64,000 bases of DNA from Rhynchobatus australiae (taxonomy: Eukaryota), in contig JAUZTB010000087.1 of the NCBI GenBank assembly GCA_034780895.1, positions 91,780,204-91,844,203 of the forward strand, in the 5' to 3' direction. Numbering within the stretch: position 1 is the stretch's first letter; every line of letters begins with the position of its first letter. Positions 48,436-60,920 of this stretch are shown in pieces. A program made the translations under genes and the position numbers. Below the pieces are notes generated by a model. That model saw only the letters and a program-made list of their open reading frames with translations, did no database searches and was not told the DNA's origin.

Positions 48436-49226
48436 TAGCTGGTGGTNNNNNNNNNNNNNNNNNNNNNNNNNNNNNNNNNNNNNNNNNNNNNNNNNNNNNN
48501 NNNNNNNNNNNNNNNNNNNNNNNNNNNNNNNNNNNNNNNNNNNNNNNNNNNNNNNNNNNNNNNNNNNNNNNNNNNNNNNNNNNNNNNNNNNNNNNNNNNN
48601 NNNNNNNNNNNNNNNNNNNNNNNNNNNNNNNNNNNNNNNNNNNNNNNNNNNNNNNNNNNNNNNNNNNNNNNNNNNNNNNNNNNNNNNNNNNNNNNNNNNN
48701 NNNNNNNNNNNNNNNNNNNNNNNNNNNNNNNNNNNNNNNNNNNNNNNNNNNNNNNNNNNNNNNNNNNNNNNNNNNNNNNNNNNNNNNNNNNNNNNNNNNN
48801 NNNNNNNNNNNNNNNNNNNNNNNNNNNNNNNNNNNNNNNNNNNNNNNNNNNNNNNNNNNNNNNNNNNNNNNNNNNNNNNNNNNNNNNNNNNNNNNNNNNN
48901 NNNNNNNNNNNNNNNNNNNNNNNNNNNNNNNNNNNNNNNNNNNNNNNNNNNNNNNNNNNNNNNNNNNNNNNNNNNNNNNNNNNNNNNNNNNNNNNNNNNN
49001 NNNNNNNNNNNNNNNNNNNNNNNNNNNNNNNNNNNNNNNNNNNNNNNNNNNNNNNNNNNNNNNNNNNNNNNNNNNNNNNNNNNNNNNNNNNNNNNNNNNN
49101 NNNNNNNNNTCAAAATCTATGAAATTAATATTTTGCATGGTTCTACAAATTAAGTGAGAGCACTCAACCGTAAAGATGCACCTTTGAAGGGATGAATATT
49201 TGTGGAAAGAAGCGCTCTCCACCTAC

Positions 49227-49720
49227 CTGCCCGAGAGCAGCAGCGACAAGCGATCGATCGCCGTTTTCCCCTCCACCGCGTAGTTCTGGTCGCGGGCGAG
49301 GCTCATTACTTCGGCGTCGCAGCATCTCACGATCTCCTTGTAGACGTTCAGGGGCACTTCCAGAGGCCGAAACATGGCTTTATAGAGATTAGTGAAGTCC
49401 TCTTCGAAAGTTACCTTGCGGAGCCGGTAGCCAACGTGGGCGAGTTGGGCCAAGCACAGCGTAAAAAGTAACAGACTCCACATAAAGATATCCACCCCGC
49501 AGGCATCGACCCAGCCCCAGAGCGACTGGATAAAAAACCCAATGCCTAAAAGGCTGAAGATATAAACTAGTCCGAAAAAGCCACTGCCACTCATGTAGCC
49601 CAGTGTGAACATGACATTGGCTAAGTGGAAGATGGCCCCCTCACTGCCATGCTTCAGAACCTTGCAGTCAAAGCCGTCGTACAAAATAGTTTCGAGGAAA
49701 CTTGAGTTTTCCCTCAACAT
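49227..49720 (-). CDS. POPDC2: POPDC2 coding exon 1 (N-terminus, three TM helices, start of Popeye domain)
   Basis: Reads MLRENSS...EGAIFHLAN..FTLGYMSGSGFFG...WGWVDACGVDIF.W...YAVEGKTAIDRLSLLLSGR; 494 nt; donor AG|gtaggt (phase 2); CpG-rich. Assigned to POPDC2 rather than BVES/POPDC3 from the SGFFG and EDSTSL.LEDF motifs. Confidence 0.95.
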
Positions 49721-49759
49721 TTTTCCTCAAAAGCCAAACTTGGGAGAATGAGCTCGTGG

Positions 49760-49990
49760 ACTAATCGAGCGGTAGCCCCCAGACTGGCAGAGACAAAGCA
49801 GCGTGTTTGCGTGTGCGCAAGGAGAGAGCGAGCGAGAGGGAGAGGTTTTGATCTGTCTTGGCAGCAGAGCTAAGTTACAGAGAAAAGGTTACCATGTTTG
49901 GAATTGAAATCCAAGGAGGGCTGAGCGGGAAGGGGATAACAGATGGCACTTAACATAATTGTGGCACGGTTGATAGGCGATTGCCGTAAC
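49760..49990 (-). promoter_or_regulatory. POPDC2 proximal promoter candidate
   Basis: Directly upstream of the ATG, at the edge of the CpG-rich region. Contains GATAA 49935-49939, E-box CAGATG 49940-49945, TTAAGTG (minus strand) 49947-49953 and TGATAG 49971-49976. Confidence 0.55.
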
Positions 49991-50259
49991 TTGAAAATGC
50001 ACCCAATCTCATACAGACAACAACATTGTGTAAAATAGTTAACAGTAGAATCTGAGCTACCTATTCTGCAACTTAAATTCTGAGCTGCACTGTTCCCTAA
50101 CCTTTAATATAAACAAAAACATTTTTTCAGCATTCATTTTAACTCTCTCAATTCCATTCAACAAGAAGGATCCCGACCATGTCCTCTTGTAGAGGACCTG
50201 AATAAATTAAGATTCATTAACTTAATGACCTAATTAAAAGTGTTGTGGTCAACCCAGTG

Positions 50260-51125
50260 GAGTAGGAGGAAGAGTAAAGGTTCTGAGTTCAATTGTCACT
50301 GCAGGGATTTGAACCCAGATTACAGGCTGCCCGCAGCAGTACTGAGGAGTTGCTGTATTGTTGAAGGTACCATCATTTCTCCTCCACGTAGGAGAAATTT
50401 AAAACAGATTGGGTAACCACTTGGCAGAACACCGCTGTTCAGCTCTAAAGGGTGATACTGAGCTTCCAGTGGCCTTTTACTTTAATTCTCCATCCCACTA
50501 TGACCTCTCTGTTTTTGCCCACCTATCCCACCACAAGCTTTACAAACAGCATCTCATCTTCCACCCAGACACATTGCGACATTGAATTCAACTATTTCAG
50601 ATAACCAATCTTTTCAGTTGGCTGCTTGATCTGCTGGGCAATTCCATCATTCTATTTCATCTCAGCAGTAGCTNNNNNNNNNNNNNNNNNNNNNNNNNNN
50701 NNNNNNNNNNTTCTCTCTATTCTCATTCGACTCCTTTTTGTACTTCTTGAAGACAGGTCTGCTACAATTAACATGCCTTCACCACCCTCAGCTGGCACCA
50801 ATATTATGTGTGTCATTTCACTCTATCAGAGGCATTTCCTTTGGCTCCTGCACACCTCCACCTTCTGCGACTTAAAAAGTGATTTTTCCCAACTATATTT
50901 AATTTTGATGAAAGATCATTATACTGACATATTTACTCTTTTTCTCTTTCCACAGATGCTGTATGGCCTGCTGAGTATTTCCAGCTGTTTCTGTATTTCT
51001 TCCCTCTGTGATAGTGTCAGATGTCTGTCCTTCTCAAGTGGCTCCAAAAGCTCCCCAAGTCATTTTTAAGGAGTGTTATCCTGACCAATATCTCTCCCAA
51101 AGCTGACATTTAAAAATCAATGATC
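50260..51125 (+). mobile_element. Deu-domain SINE split by a Penelope-like fragment (~50385-51000)
   Basis: SINE 5' part 'ggttctgagttcaa...cagtactgaggagttgctgtattgttgaaggt' and 3' part 'tgtctgtccttctcaagtgg...gagtgttatcctgaccaatatc' flank a Penelope GIY-YIG/tail remnant. Confidence 0.55.
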
Positions 51126-51130
51126 TTATG

Positions 51131-52560
51131 AGAACATAGAACAGTACAGCACAGGAACAGGCCCTTCAGCCCACAATGACTGTGCTGAACACAATGCCAA
51201 ATTAAATTAAATCTGTTCTGCCTGCACATGATCCGTATCCCTCCATTCCCTACATGTTCATGTGTCTATCTAAAAGCCTCTTAAATACCACTATCATATC
51301 TGTTTTCAGCCCTACCCACCCTGGCATCCCAGACACCTGCCACTCTCTGTGTAAAAAACTTGTCCCACACATCTCACTTCAGCTTTCCCCTTCTCGCCTT
51401 AAATGCATGTCCTCTAGTATTTGACATTGCTTCATTTGGAGAAGGATTCTCACCATCTACCCCATCTATGCCTCTCATAATTGTATAAACTTCTATCAGG
51501 TCCCCCTTCAGCCCCCAGTGTTCCGGAGAAAACAACCCAAGTTTGTCTGACCTGTCCTTATAGCTCATGCCCTCTAAATCGGACAGCATCTTGGTAAACC
51601 TCTTCCGTACCCTTTCCAAAGCTTCCACATCCTTCCGTTAAATGGGGTGAACAGAAATGGGGCCTATACAAAGTTTTATATAGCTGCAACATGACTTCCC
51701 TACTTTGATACTCAAAGCCCCAACCAATGAAGGCAAGCATGTTATATGCCTTCTTTACAACTCTGTCTATGTGCGTGGCCACTTTCAGGGAGCTATGAAC
51801 TTGGACCCCAAGATCCCTCTGTATATCAATACTGTCAAGGGTCCTTACATAACTTTCCCCTTACATTTGATCTTCCAAAGTGCAACACCTCACACTTGTC
51901 CAGATTAAGCTCCATCTGCCATTTCTCCACCCATATCTGTAACTGATCTATATTCTGCTTTATCCTTAGAAGACCTTCTTCACTGTCTGCAACTCCATCA
52001 ATCTTTGTGTAGTCTGCAAACTTACTAATCACTCAACCTACATTTTCATCCAAGTCATTTATACATATCACCATCAGTGATTCCAGCACTGATCCTGTGG
52101 AATATCACTGGTCACGGACCTCCAGCAGGAATAACATCCTTCCACCACTACCCTCTGTCTTCTTGGGGTGAGATAATTCTGAATCCAAACTACCAAGTCA
52201 CTGTGGATCCAATGCATCTTAATCTTCTGGATCAGCCTNNNNNNNNNNNNNNNNNNNNNNNNNNNNNNNNNNNNNNNNNNNNNNNNNNNNNNNNNNNNNN
52301 NNNNNNNNNNNNNNNNNNNNNNNNNNNNNNNNNNNNNNAGTCACTGTGGATCCAATGCATCTTAATCTTCTGGATCAGCCTATCGTGAGGGCCAAATGCC
52401 TTACAACATCCATTGCCATCCACTGCTCTACCTTCATCAATCACCTTTGTCAGTTCCTCAAAAAACTCAATCAAGTTTGTAAAACATGACCTGCCCTGCA
52501 CAAAGCCATGCTCACTGTCCCTAATCAGGTTGTGCTTTTCCAAAATGCACATAAATCCTA
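51131..52560 (-). mobile_element. CR1-type LINE RT region and 3' tail
   Basis: ORF track: HGFVQGRSCFTNLIEFFEELTKVIDEGRAVD, ISKFADYTKIDGVADSEEG, WQMELNLDKCEVLHFG and ALERVRKRFTKML. Tail 'agaacatagaacagtacagcacaggaacaggccc'. Confidence 0.9.
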
Positions 52561-53289
52561 TCTCTAAGAATAATTATTTGCATATGTTGCATTCCTAACT
52601 TAACAGTGATGAGAGCCATAGTAATTAAGAGTCTGAGAATTCCCAAATTGTGAAAGGTGTCACATAAATGCAATTTTTAAAAATTTTTAAATCAAACTAC
52701 GTTGTGTTCGGTCTAAAACCAAACAAGGGTACAGTTTCAGACTGGGTGGGCCTAGGCACCTGGATTACTTTTACAACTTTTGTCTTCAAAAGTCTGCTCT
52801 ATATGTTAGTCGTACAACCTTGCATTTACTGTAATAAAATCTCCAAATCATTCTGAATGTTTCATTGGCAAGGGTGTAACTAACAAGACCAACAGTTATT
52901 ACATATTGAGAAGGTGGTGGTTGAATGCTGGAAATACGCAGCAGGTCAGGCAGCATCGTGGAGAGAGAAACTGAGTTCATATTTCAGGTCAATACTCTTG
53001 CAGCAGGTGGAGGTCGAGCTGTCTTTATAAACTGCTACAGTCAATATGGTCAAGCTACTCTCACAATACTGTATTGAGAAAGTTCCAGAATTTTATGTGA
53101 AAGAAGACAATAGGTGTAATTTGGAGAGGAACTTAGAGATACTTTGTAGAGATATATCCTGCCTATGAATAGCAGGACAAAACCAAAAAAATTATTGAAT
53201 ATCATTTTATGATCTCACTCTCAATCATCAGGAAAGTGATCCCCATTCCTCTCTCTCACTCTCTCACACACACACACTAGAAAGGCTGC

Positions 53290-55040
53290 AGTCACATGGA
53301 AACCATAATCCATGCCGCAAGCCCTTTCTTACAGCCATGTCCTTCAGAACTCATCCGTTTCAATGTGATATCAAAAGACAGCTGAGAGAACTGAATATAG
53401 CAAAAGTAATGGGATAAGCCAACATCCCAATTTTGTATTGAAAACTTGTGCCCCAGAACTAGCTGTGCATTTAGCCAAGCCGTTCCAGTACAGTTACAAT
53501 CTGACCATGTGAAAAATTGCCCAGATACACCCTGTTCACAAAATAAAACAGGCCAAATCCTATCTGGCTAATTACAGTGATAAGAATCTACATTCAATTA
53601 TTAACAAAATAATGGAAGATGTCATAGACAGTCCTATCAAGAGGCACATACTCATGAATAATCTGCTCACTGATGCCTATTTTGGGGTTCACTAGGACCA
53701 TTCAGCACCAGACCTCATCATAGCCTTGGTCCAATAATGGACTAGGGAGCTGATTCCAGAGGTGAGGTGACAATGACTGTCTTCAACATCAATGAAGCAT
53801 TTGACCAAGTGGGGCATTAAGATGGTTGTGGTGATAGTTGTGGTTATTGATCGGTGATCTCCACACTGTCACCACTGTGGGAATTTCTTAGGGCAGAGTC
53901 CTAGGTCCAATCATTTTCAGCTGCTTCATCAATGACCTCCAATCTATAATAAGATCAGAAGTAAGGATGTTTGCTGATGATTGCATAATGTTCAATTCCT
54001 GTTGTGACTCTACAGCAAATGAAGCAGTCCATTTCTACTGCAGAAAGATTTTAGACAACCCTCAGGCATGGGCTGATAAATGACTAGTAACATTCATGCC
54101 ACAATCGTGCCAGGTAATGACCATCACCAACAAGAGAGAATCTAATCTTCATATTTGTCATGGTTCTTGAGTACTGGCATTCAATTTGGCTCCTTTGATG
54201 ATGCCTTGTTGTACAGCACATGGATTCCATGCTTGACTGATTGCATAACAACACACANNNNNNNNNNNNNNNNNNNNNNNNNNNNNNNNNNNNNNNNNNN
54301 NNNNNNNNNNNNNNNNNNNNNNNNNNNNNNNNNNNNNNNNNNNNNNNNNNNNNNNNNTCTCTGAGGCAAGATTCCTTCCAGTTGCTGCCTGTGTTTGGTC
54401 CTGAGGAAGTATTCTGACTCCAGTCTTGTACCAGGGTGCCGCATTTGGGTTCTCTGTGAGCTTGCTCTTTGCTCAACATTGTGACAATATTCCCCTACCA
54501 GTCTGGGAGGTCACAATTTACCAGAAACACAAATGGACTACCAGCATAAATACAGGCTCCAAGGGCAGGTCAAAGGCACTAAAGCCTTTTCACCATTTAC
54601 AAGCCATGAGTCAGGAGTGTGATGAAATACTTGTTGTTTGCTTGAATAAAGCAGCTCAACAGCTTCTAGGACAAAGCAGCCACAGGACTGGCACCCAATC
54701 CACCACTGTAAGCATTCATTCCCTCCACCATCAGCACACAATGGCTGCAGTGTGTCCCAGCTATAAAATGCATTGCAGTTACTCACCCAGACTACTCCTA
54801 CTTCATTTACCAAACCCACAACCTCTACCTCCAAGAAGGCCTTCAAGTGCGTGCCTTCCACCAAGTTGCACACCATTCTGACTTGGAAATCTAAATATTG
54901 AACCCCTACCCAATTGCATTGTAGTAGTATCTTCACCAAAAGAACTACAGCAGTTCCAGAAAGCAGTTCACCAAAACCGTCTCCAGAGCAATTAGGGATG
55001 GGCAATTAATGCTGGCCTTGCCAATGATGCCCACATTTTG
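53290..55040 (+). mobile_element. CR1/L2-group LINE RT fragment with an internal RTE-like insertion (~54170-54490)
   Basis: Decayed LKTCAPELA.HLAK.FQYSY, GPIIFSCFINDL and VRMFADDC motifs; ends 'gggcaattaatgctggccttgccaatgatgcccaca'. Reverse-orientation relatives lie near 22500-22800, 29700-29900 and 40780-40960. Confidence 0.8.
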
Positions 55041-55664
55041 CAATAACTGCATGTGACTGTATTGATCACTGAAGAATATAATAATCCAAAGAGAAATGAG
55101 AATCATTTCAAAAACAAAATAGATGAGCTATGAGGCTAAATTAGAGAAGTTATATTCTAATAATAATTCACTATTTAATATCACCAATAAAATGAACTTA
55201 AAATATTACTTGAGGATCAATGACTCCTCCAGCTAAAAGTATAAAACTAATTGGGCTGGATCCAACTAGTGATGTCAGTGCCTAGCTATTTAAACGGTAG
55301 CTAATCACAGAATTTTGTGCATTGCTNNNNNNNNNNNNNNNNNNNNNNNNNNNNNNNNNNNNNNNNNNNNNNNNNNNNNNNNNNNNNNNNNNNNNNNNNN
55401 NNNNNNNNNNNNNNNNNNNNNNNNNNNNNNNNNNNNNNNNNNNNNNNNNNNNNNNNNNNNNNNNNNNNNNNNNNNNNNNNNNNNNNNNNNNNNNNNNNNN
55501 NNNNNNNNNNNNNNNNNNNNNNNNNNNNNNNNNNNNNNNNNNNNNNNNNNNNNNNNNNNNNNNNNNNNNNNNNNNNNNNNNNNNNNNNNNNNNNNNNNNN
55601 NNNNNNNNNNNNNNNNNNNNNNNNNNNNNNNNNNNNNNNNNNNNCCTACTATATTAAGGATCTA

Positions 55665-55845
55665 TTCTACAGTAGCCAATTAACATACCATCATGCCTTT
55701 GGGATGTTAGGGGAAACCGAAGCACCCAGCAGTTTCATGCGGAGAACATGCAAACTCCACGCAGACAGCACCTAGAGTCAGAATTGGACTTGGGTTCCTG
55801 GAGGTGTGAAGCAACAACACTACTTGCTGTGCTAATGTACCACTC
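55665..55845 (-). mobile_element. V-SINE (HE1-like)
   Basis: Reverse complement of the 60-250 and 12360-12520 pattern (gccaattaac...ggagaacatgcaaactccac...gacagcacc). Confidence 0.7.
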
Positions 55846-57104
55846 TCAAGTTTAGTTCAATGATTTTTATGTGTTTTTACTTAACTTCATTTTATTTTTT
55901 GAAACTGTTATTCATTTTTGTGTTTTTGTTTATACTTTACTTCAGTTTTGATGGTCTTTAAAACAATTAAAATCCCTCATGGTTTTTATAGCTGTCAATG
56001 TGGAGACAGGGCTCTTTACTGTTCTGTAGGAGCTCAGGTCCTGCCATCACTGAGATCATGCTACTAAAGTTGTGGATGCCACAGACCAGTAAGATTAGCC
56101 CTTCACATCTGAACCAAGGGACATGAAGACCAGGGGTGACAATTCTGGGCAGGAGATCATGCCAGTAAGATTTGTACCCACGTATAGTGTATCCCTCACT
56201 ATTTAAAAGGGATCCAATGACAACAAGAAAGTTTTTAATTTACCTACAGCACCAAGAAAAGGAAAATTCAAAGCATATTCTGTTTAAGCCAATTAGAGGA
56301 TATCTACAAGGTTAGGAAGATCAGTGTTTGACATATTAATAGGGATTCCCTGCTAAGAAAATTCAACAAAAATAATAAAACTAGAAAATGGCAATCGCCA
56401 TAACTTATTAACACAAACCATTTTGGAGATTCCTATAGTATATCATGGATACAGAACAACACAATCATTACGTTCTTAAATTAGCTTAAATATTGGAGAC
56501 ATGAAGTCCTCCAGCAGCTGTAATCCACATTGACAGCTGTTGCTGTCATTGAATGAGACCAAAAGCAAAATGATTCCTTTTTTAAAAAATGGAAACGTAA
56601 ACCATATATAGTGAATACACTTGTAACTTAATACAAAAATTTAGCTGTCATTGTTCAAAGAAGACGTAAATTACATATTATAACATTTTCCATTAGGACT
56701 CTGTAGTTCAGGAACATAGTTTCAGTTTGAACTCTGATTTGATTTTCATATGAAGGCAATTTTAAGTTTTGAAGGCTTAATTCCCAGAGGAATATGTTCT
56801 TTTAAATCTAATAGAGAAACAAAATCACACACTTGCACAGAGCTCTCCAGAAATGAAACATACACATGAGCTCTCCAGAAAGGAAAGAACCAGCATTAAA
56901 ATAAAATCAATTTGATACAACAGGAGGAATGTTTAACATGTCTGAAGAACTCTCATCCAAAAAAGACCAATTTTTTGGAACACTGCAGAAGTTAGTTGCC
57001 ATAGAAATACTTATTTACCTTCTTGTAATTGTAAGTAGCAATTTGGTAGCTTTGCATTTGATGGGGAAAATGTGCCATTTGGAGGTGGAGTGAAAATAAA
57101 AGTA

Positions 57105-57307
57105 CAAGTCCTCCCCAGCTTATGAACACCCGACTTATGTACAGCCCATACATACGAGTGAGTGTTTGGAAGACTGGTGGTATGGACTTGCTGGCTGCTA
57201 CAGGGCTGCAAGCAGCTTCTGCTGTTTGGGAACACGGTTTGCGGCCTCATTTCTGACTTATGAACAGTTCACAGGAACAGAACCCTGTGTAATCAGTTGA
57301 GGACTTG
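57105..57307. mobile_element. Tc1/mariner-superfamily (pogo/Tigger-like) MITE
   Basis: Inverted ends ta|caagtcctc ... gaggacttg|ta with TA on both flanks. Internal repeated (ga)cttatg motifs; about 200 bp and non-coding. Confidence 0.7.
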
Positions 57308-58419
57308 TACTGCAAATACAGTACACATTCAGGCATCCAGTCTGAGGGACTACCCTTCCTGATAACTTATCACAGTCACTGAATTCCAAGGATGCAATTG
57401 ATGAACCATTTCTATTAGAGACATCCAAACAATGTTTTACCTTCAATAATGTTGGCTTCATGGTATAATAAGCAATCATCAAAGGCTGCTTCCTGTTTCA
57501 TAGCTACTATCATACATATTAATAATTCTGTGCTCAAACTGTTGTTACCATCAAAATTGGATGCCTGTGAAGTCAATGAATTATGTTTGATACCTAATTT
57601 TCCAGATATGTCTCCACTGCATTTGAAACCTTACACCACTAGCCAAATTTGCCAGAGAGTAGGCTGAAGATCACAATCCGCTTGGCAGTTTTCATCCTTT
57701 AGACATTTTTTACCAAGGACATTTTGTTTTCTTTCAAACCTTGACTAAAATTTCTGCTGGTCAGAATACGTCAAACAAAGACACTTTTTTAAAAATGCAG
57801 CTCCAAAAATATCTTTAACTCACATATCAGAGTANNNNNNNNNNNNNNNNNNNNNNNNNNNNNNNNNNNNNNNNNNNNNNNNNNNNNNNNNNNNNNNNNN
57901 NNNNNNNNNNNNNNNNNNNNNNNNNNNNNNNNNNAGCTCCAAAAATATCTTGAACTCACATATCAGAGTATGGTTAGCAGATTATCTGCTGTGCATGTGA
58001 CAAGTTTACTGATGGACTTCTGCTTCCAATTGCAATTCCTGATGTAATCACAAAATTAATTTATGTTAATACTTATTTTAACTGGTCTGTGTGTTCTGAT
58101 TATTGATTTTACTTCTGACCATATCAGAAACATGTTAAACAACCTCTATTATCCATCTGGTAATTACAGTGCTGAATTGCTATTCTACTATTTTTCCACC
58201 CACTAGTGCTTAATAAAATTTGAATTGTGAAAGTAAAACTGATAAATTACTGGAATAGGTTTATGATGATTATACATTTAATGGAGTCATTGTACAAATG
58301 AAACAATGTTTCCCATAATCTAACAGTGACACTTGTTAACTCAGCTACAGTATTCAGAGTTTATGTTATAAAAGACAACATGTAACGCATCCAATATTGT
58401 TGTTAATGGATGGGAAATT

Positions 58420-59140
58420 GAAATGTAAGGAGGAAAGAATGAGTTTGCATAAGGATATAGACTAGTCAAGCAGGTAAGCAAGGAGGAGACAGATAGACTA
58501 CATTGTGAGAAAATGCAACTATGTTCACTTTGGGAGAGAAAATATTTTTTAAATGGTGGCAGAGTGGTAATAAAGAGAGGCTTTGTGGTATGCTGCACAA
58601 GGTGCAGCAGAAAGTAAGTGTGTGGACATTTAGGAAAGCAAAGGGATGTTGGCTTTTATTTCAAGGCCTTTATGTACAAAAGTAAGGAAATCTCATTGAT
58701 GGACTTTGTGAAAACTCATTTGGAGTACCATTTGCTGTTTTGGTCTCTGTAACTAAAGTCATACTTGCCTTCCTGCCAGGGAGGTGTAAATTGTTGGTGA
58801 ATTCACAAGATTAGATAACTTTCTTATTTAGCAAGATTGTGAAAGATTAGCCTGTATTCCCTGGAGTTTAGAAAAATGAGAAATGATCTCTTTGAGACTG
58901 ATTGGGGATAGTCAGCATGGCTTTGTTCATGGGAGGTCATGTCTCTCAAATTTGACTTAAGTTTTTTTGTGGAGGTGACCAAGAGGATTGATGAGGGCAG
59001 GGAGGTAGACATTATCTACATGGAATTTAGCAAGTATGGGTTTATAGAACAAGCTGACAAAGGAGGTCACTACCAAGACTGGCATCTTGGCTGACATGGA
59101 CATGTTTGGCTGAAGGGCTTGTTTCTATGCTGAATCTATA
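58420..59140 (+). mobile_element. Decayed CR1 fragments
   Basis: Contains 'cagcatggctttgttcatgggaggtcatgtctctcaaatttga...gaggtgaccaagaggattgatgagggcagg' (QHGFV.GRSCL.NL) and CR1 3'-type motifs. Confidence 0.7.
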
Positions 59141-59759
59141 AAAAAAATGAGCGTCAGATGATTAGAGGGTATTTTTTACAATCTAGAAAGTGAGTGGAGG
59201 TTCTTCCTCCTGTCCAGGATATTTCCAGTTTTTTTTTTACAAATCCAGGCAATAAATCACAAACAAGCATTTTACAGTGGAAAGCTGAACATTAAAAATA
59301 TGTCCAAAATTGCACCGCAGGAACTTCAATGCCAGAGTATACGCAACATAGAAATTGTACTAAACATGTGAAAAAAATTGCAAGAGATATTCATAAAGGA
59401 GCAATCACAACAAGTATCACATATATTCAGTAATACCAATAGTGCTTGATATTTTGGCAGCAGTTTTGATATACTAAAGATGTCCAATACTAGACAAAAA
59501 AATTTGCTCGAAGGTCACTCAGCTAAAATTAACTGTTATGCTAAAACGATATACCTGGCCTATAAGTGATATACTAATATAGCAGTGAAAAATATGGGTC
59601 AATTTTTATGTAATTTTGAGCAATTGTACTCTTTAATAGTCGTTAAGTACTTAAATATAGATTCTCAGCTCAGCAAAGTTATAAAAACAATTTCCTTAAT
59701 TGGAATTAGTACATGCAGTGATTACTAGAAGATCTGAGGCCATTTCTTGTAAACTTTTT

Positions 59760-60920
59760 GTTTTACAAATTTTCATCATTCCCCTGATGGTCTAATTCTA
59801 GTATCTCCCTCACCTTCTTCGATTTCTCTATCTTCATTTCTGGGGGTGGCCACCATCCACAATCGAATTAATCACCGACTCGCGCAGTTACTTTGATTAC
59901 ATTTAACTCCCCTCTCCCTGCAACCCATGCCCCATCATTCACTTTTTGTAAGGACTCTGTTCAAGTCACCTACTTTTTCCCTCTCTGTCACATTTGTTCT
60001 GGCAATGCCACCTTTCACACTAGTACCTTCAATATATCTTTCTTTTCCTACAAGTGTGATTTACAGGATCCAGAACTTTGTTCATTCAGTTTCCAAATGT
60101 TAGTACCCAACCTTCACCTGGATATGAAATTCATAACCAGTATTAGGTTATGTATCCTCATCCTCAACCCTACCATCCAGTGTATTCAATGGAGCTTGTT
60201 TTACTCTTCCATCACTTTTAACACCTAGTCCTCATCCCAGAGCACCTTCCTATTGAAATATGATTGATGCAACACTAACTTTTTCATGTCCTCAGCTCCC
60301 ATAATCCAGGGTTCCAAACATTCCTTCTCAGTGAAACAAGAATATTCTTCCACTTTCAATTTGGTAAACCACAATTCACTCTTCTGCTCAGTGTGAACCT
60401 GCACTTCCACTCATTTCCTATTTAGTTCTTTGCATAATTCCCATTCTGATAATGGCCTTCTATACTGTTCCAACAAAGATCCACAGAAGCTTGAGAAGCA
60501 GTATCTCAGCTTTTAATTATGTAAATTATACACTTCTGCAGTCAACATCAAATTCAATGCTATCAAACCACAACCATTTTTTTCAAACATTGGGTGCTTT
60601 ACTTGTTCTGTTCTCATTTATAGCCTCTCTGCATTGTTTTTTTTGTTTCCTTACTTGTCTCATTCTTGTACCATCATTCCTCTTCCTATTTAATCCCTCC
60701 TGTCTTCTACCTTTTCATAGATCTTACCTAGTGTTCTTTCCTCCCTTCCCCACTGCCCTTTCTCTTCTGCTATATATTCATAAAACCTGTTCCATCTCTA
60801 ATATTTTCTAGTTCCAACGAAAGACCATAAATGAAATAAGACCATTAATGAAATGTTCATTCTGTTTCACACTCCAATTGCTACCTGATCTGCTATGTCT
60901 TTCTTGCACAGTCTGCTTAT
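59760..60920 (+). mobile_element. Penelope-like element fragment, old
   Basis: Colinear with 47140-48430 (ccttcttcgatttctctatc, ctctgtcacatttgttc, ccataatccagggttccaaaca) and has a decayed terminal motif. Confidence 0.65.

Noticed and set aside
691-55775. Long ORFs consisting mostly of X in the ORF track
   Set aside because: They only span N gaps and carry no coding evidence.
56840-56881. 14-bp direct repeat gagctctccagaaa
   Set aside because: Only two copies, consistent with a small local duplication. It is not an array or CRISPR.
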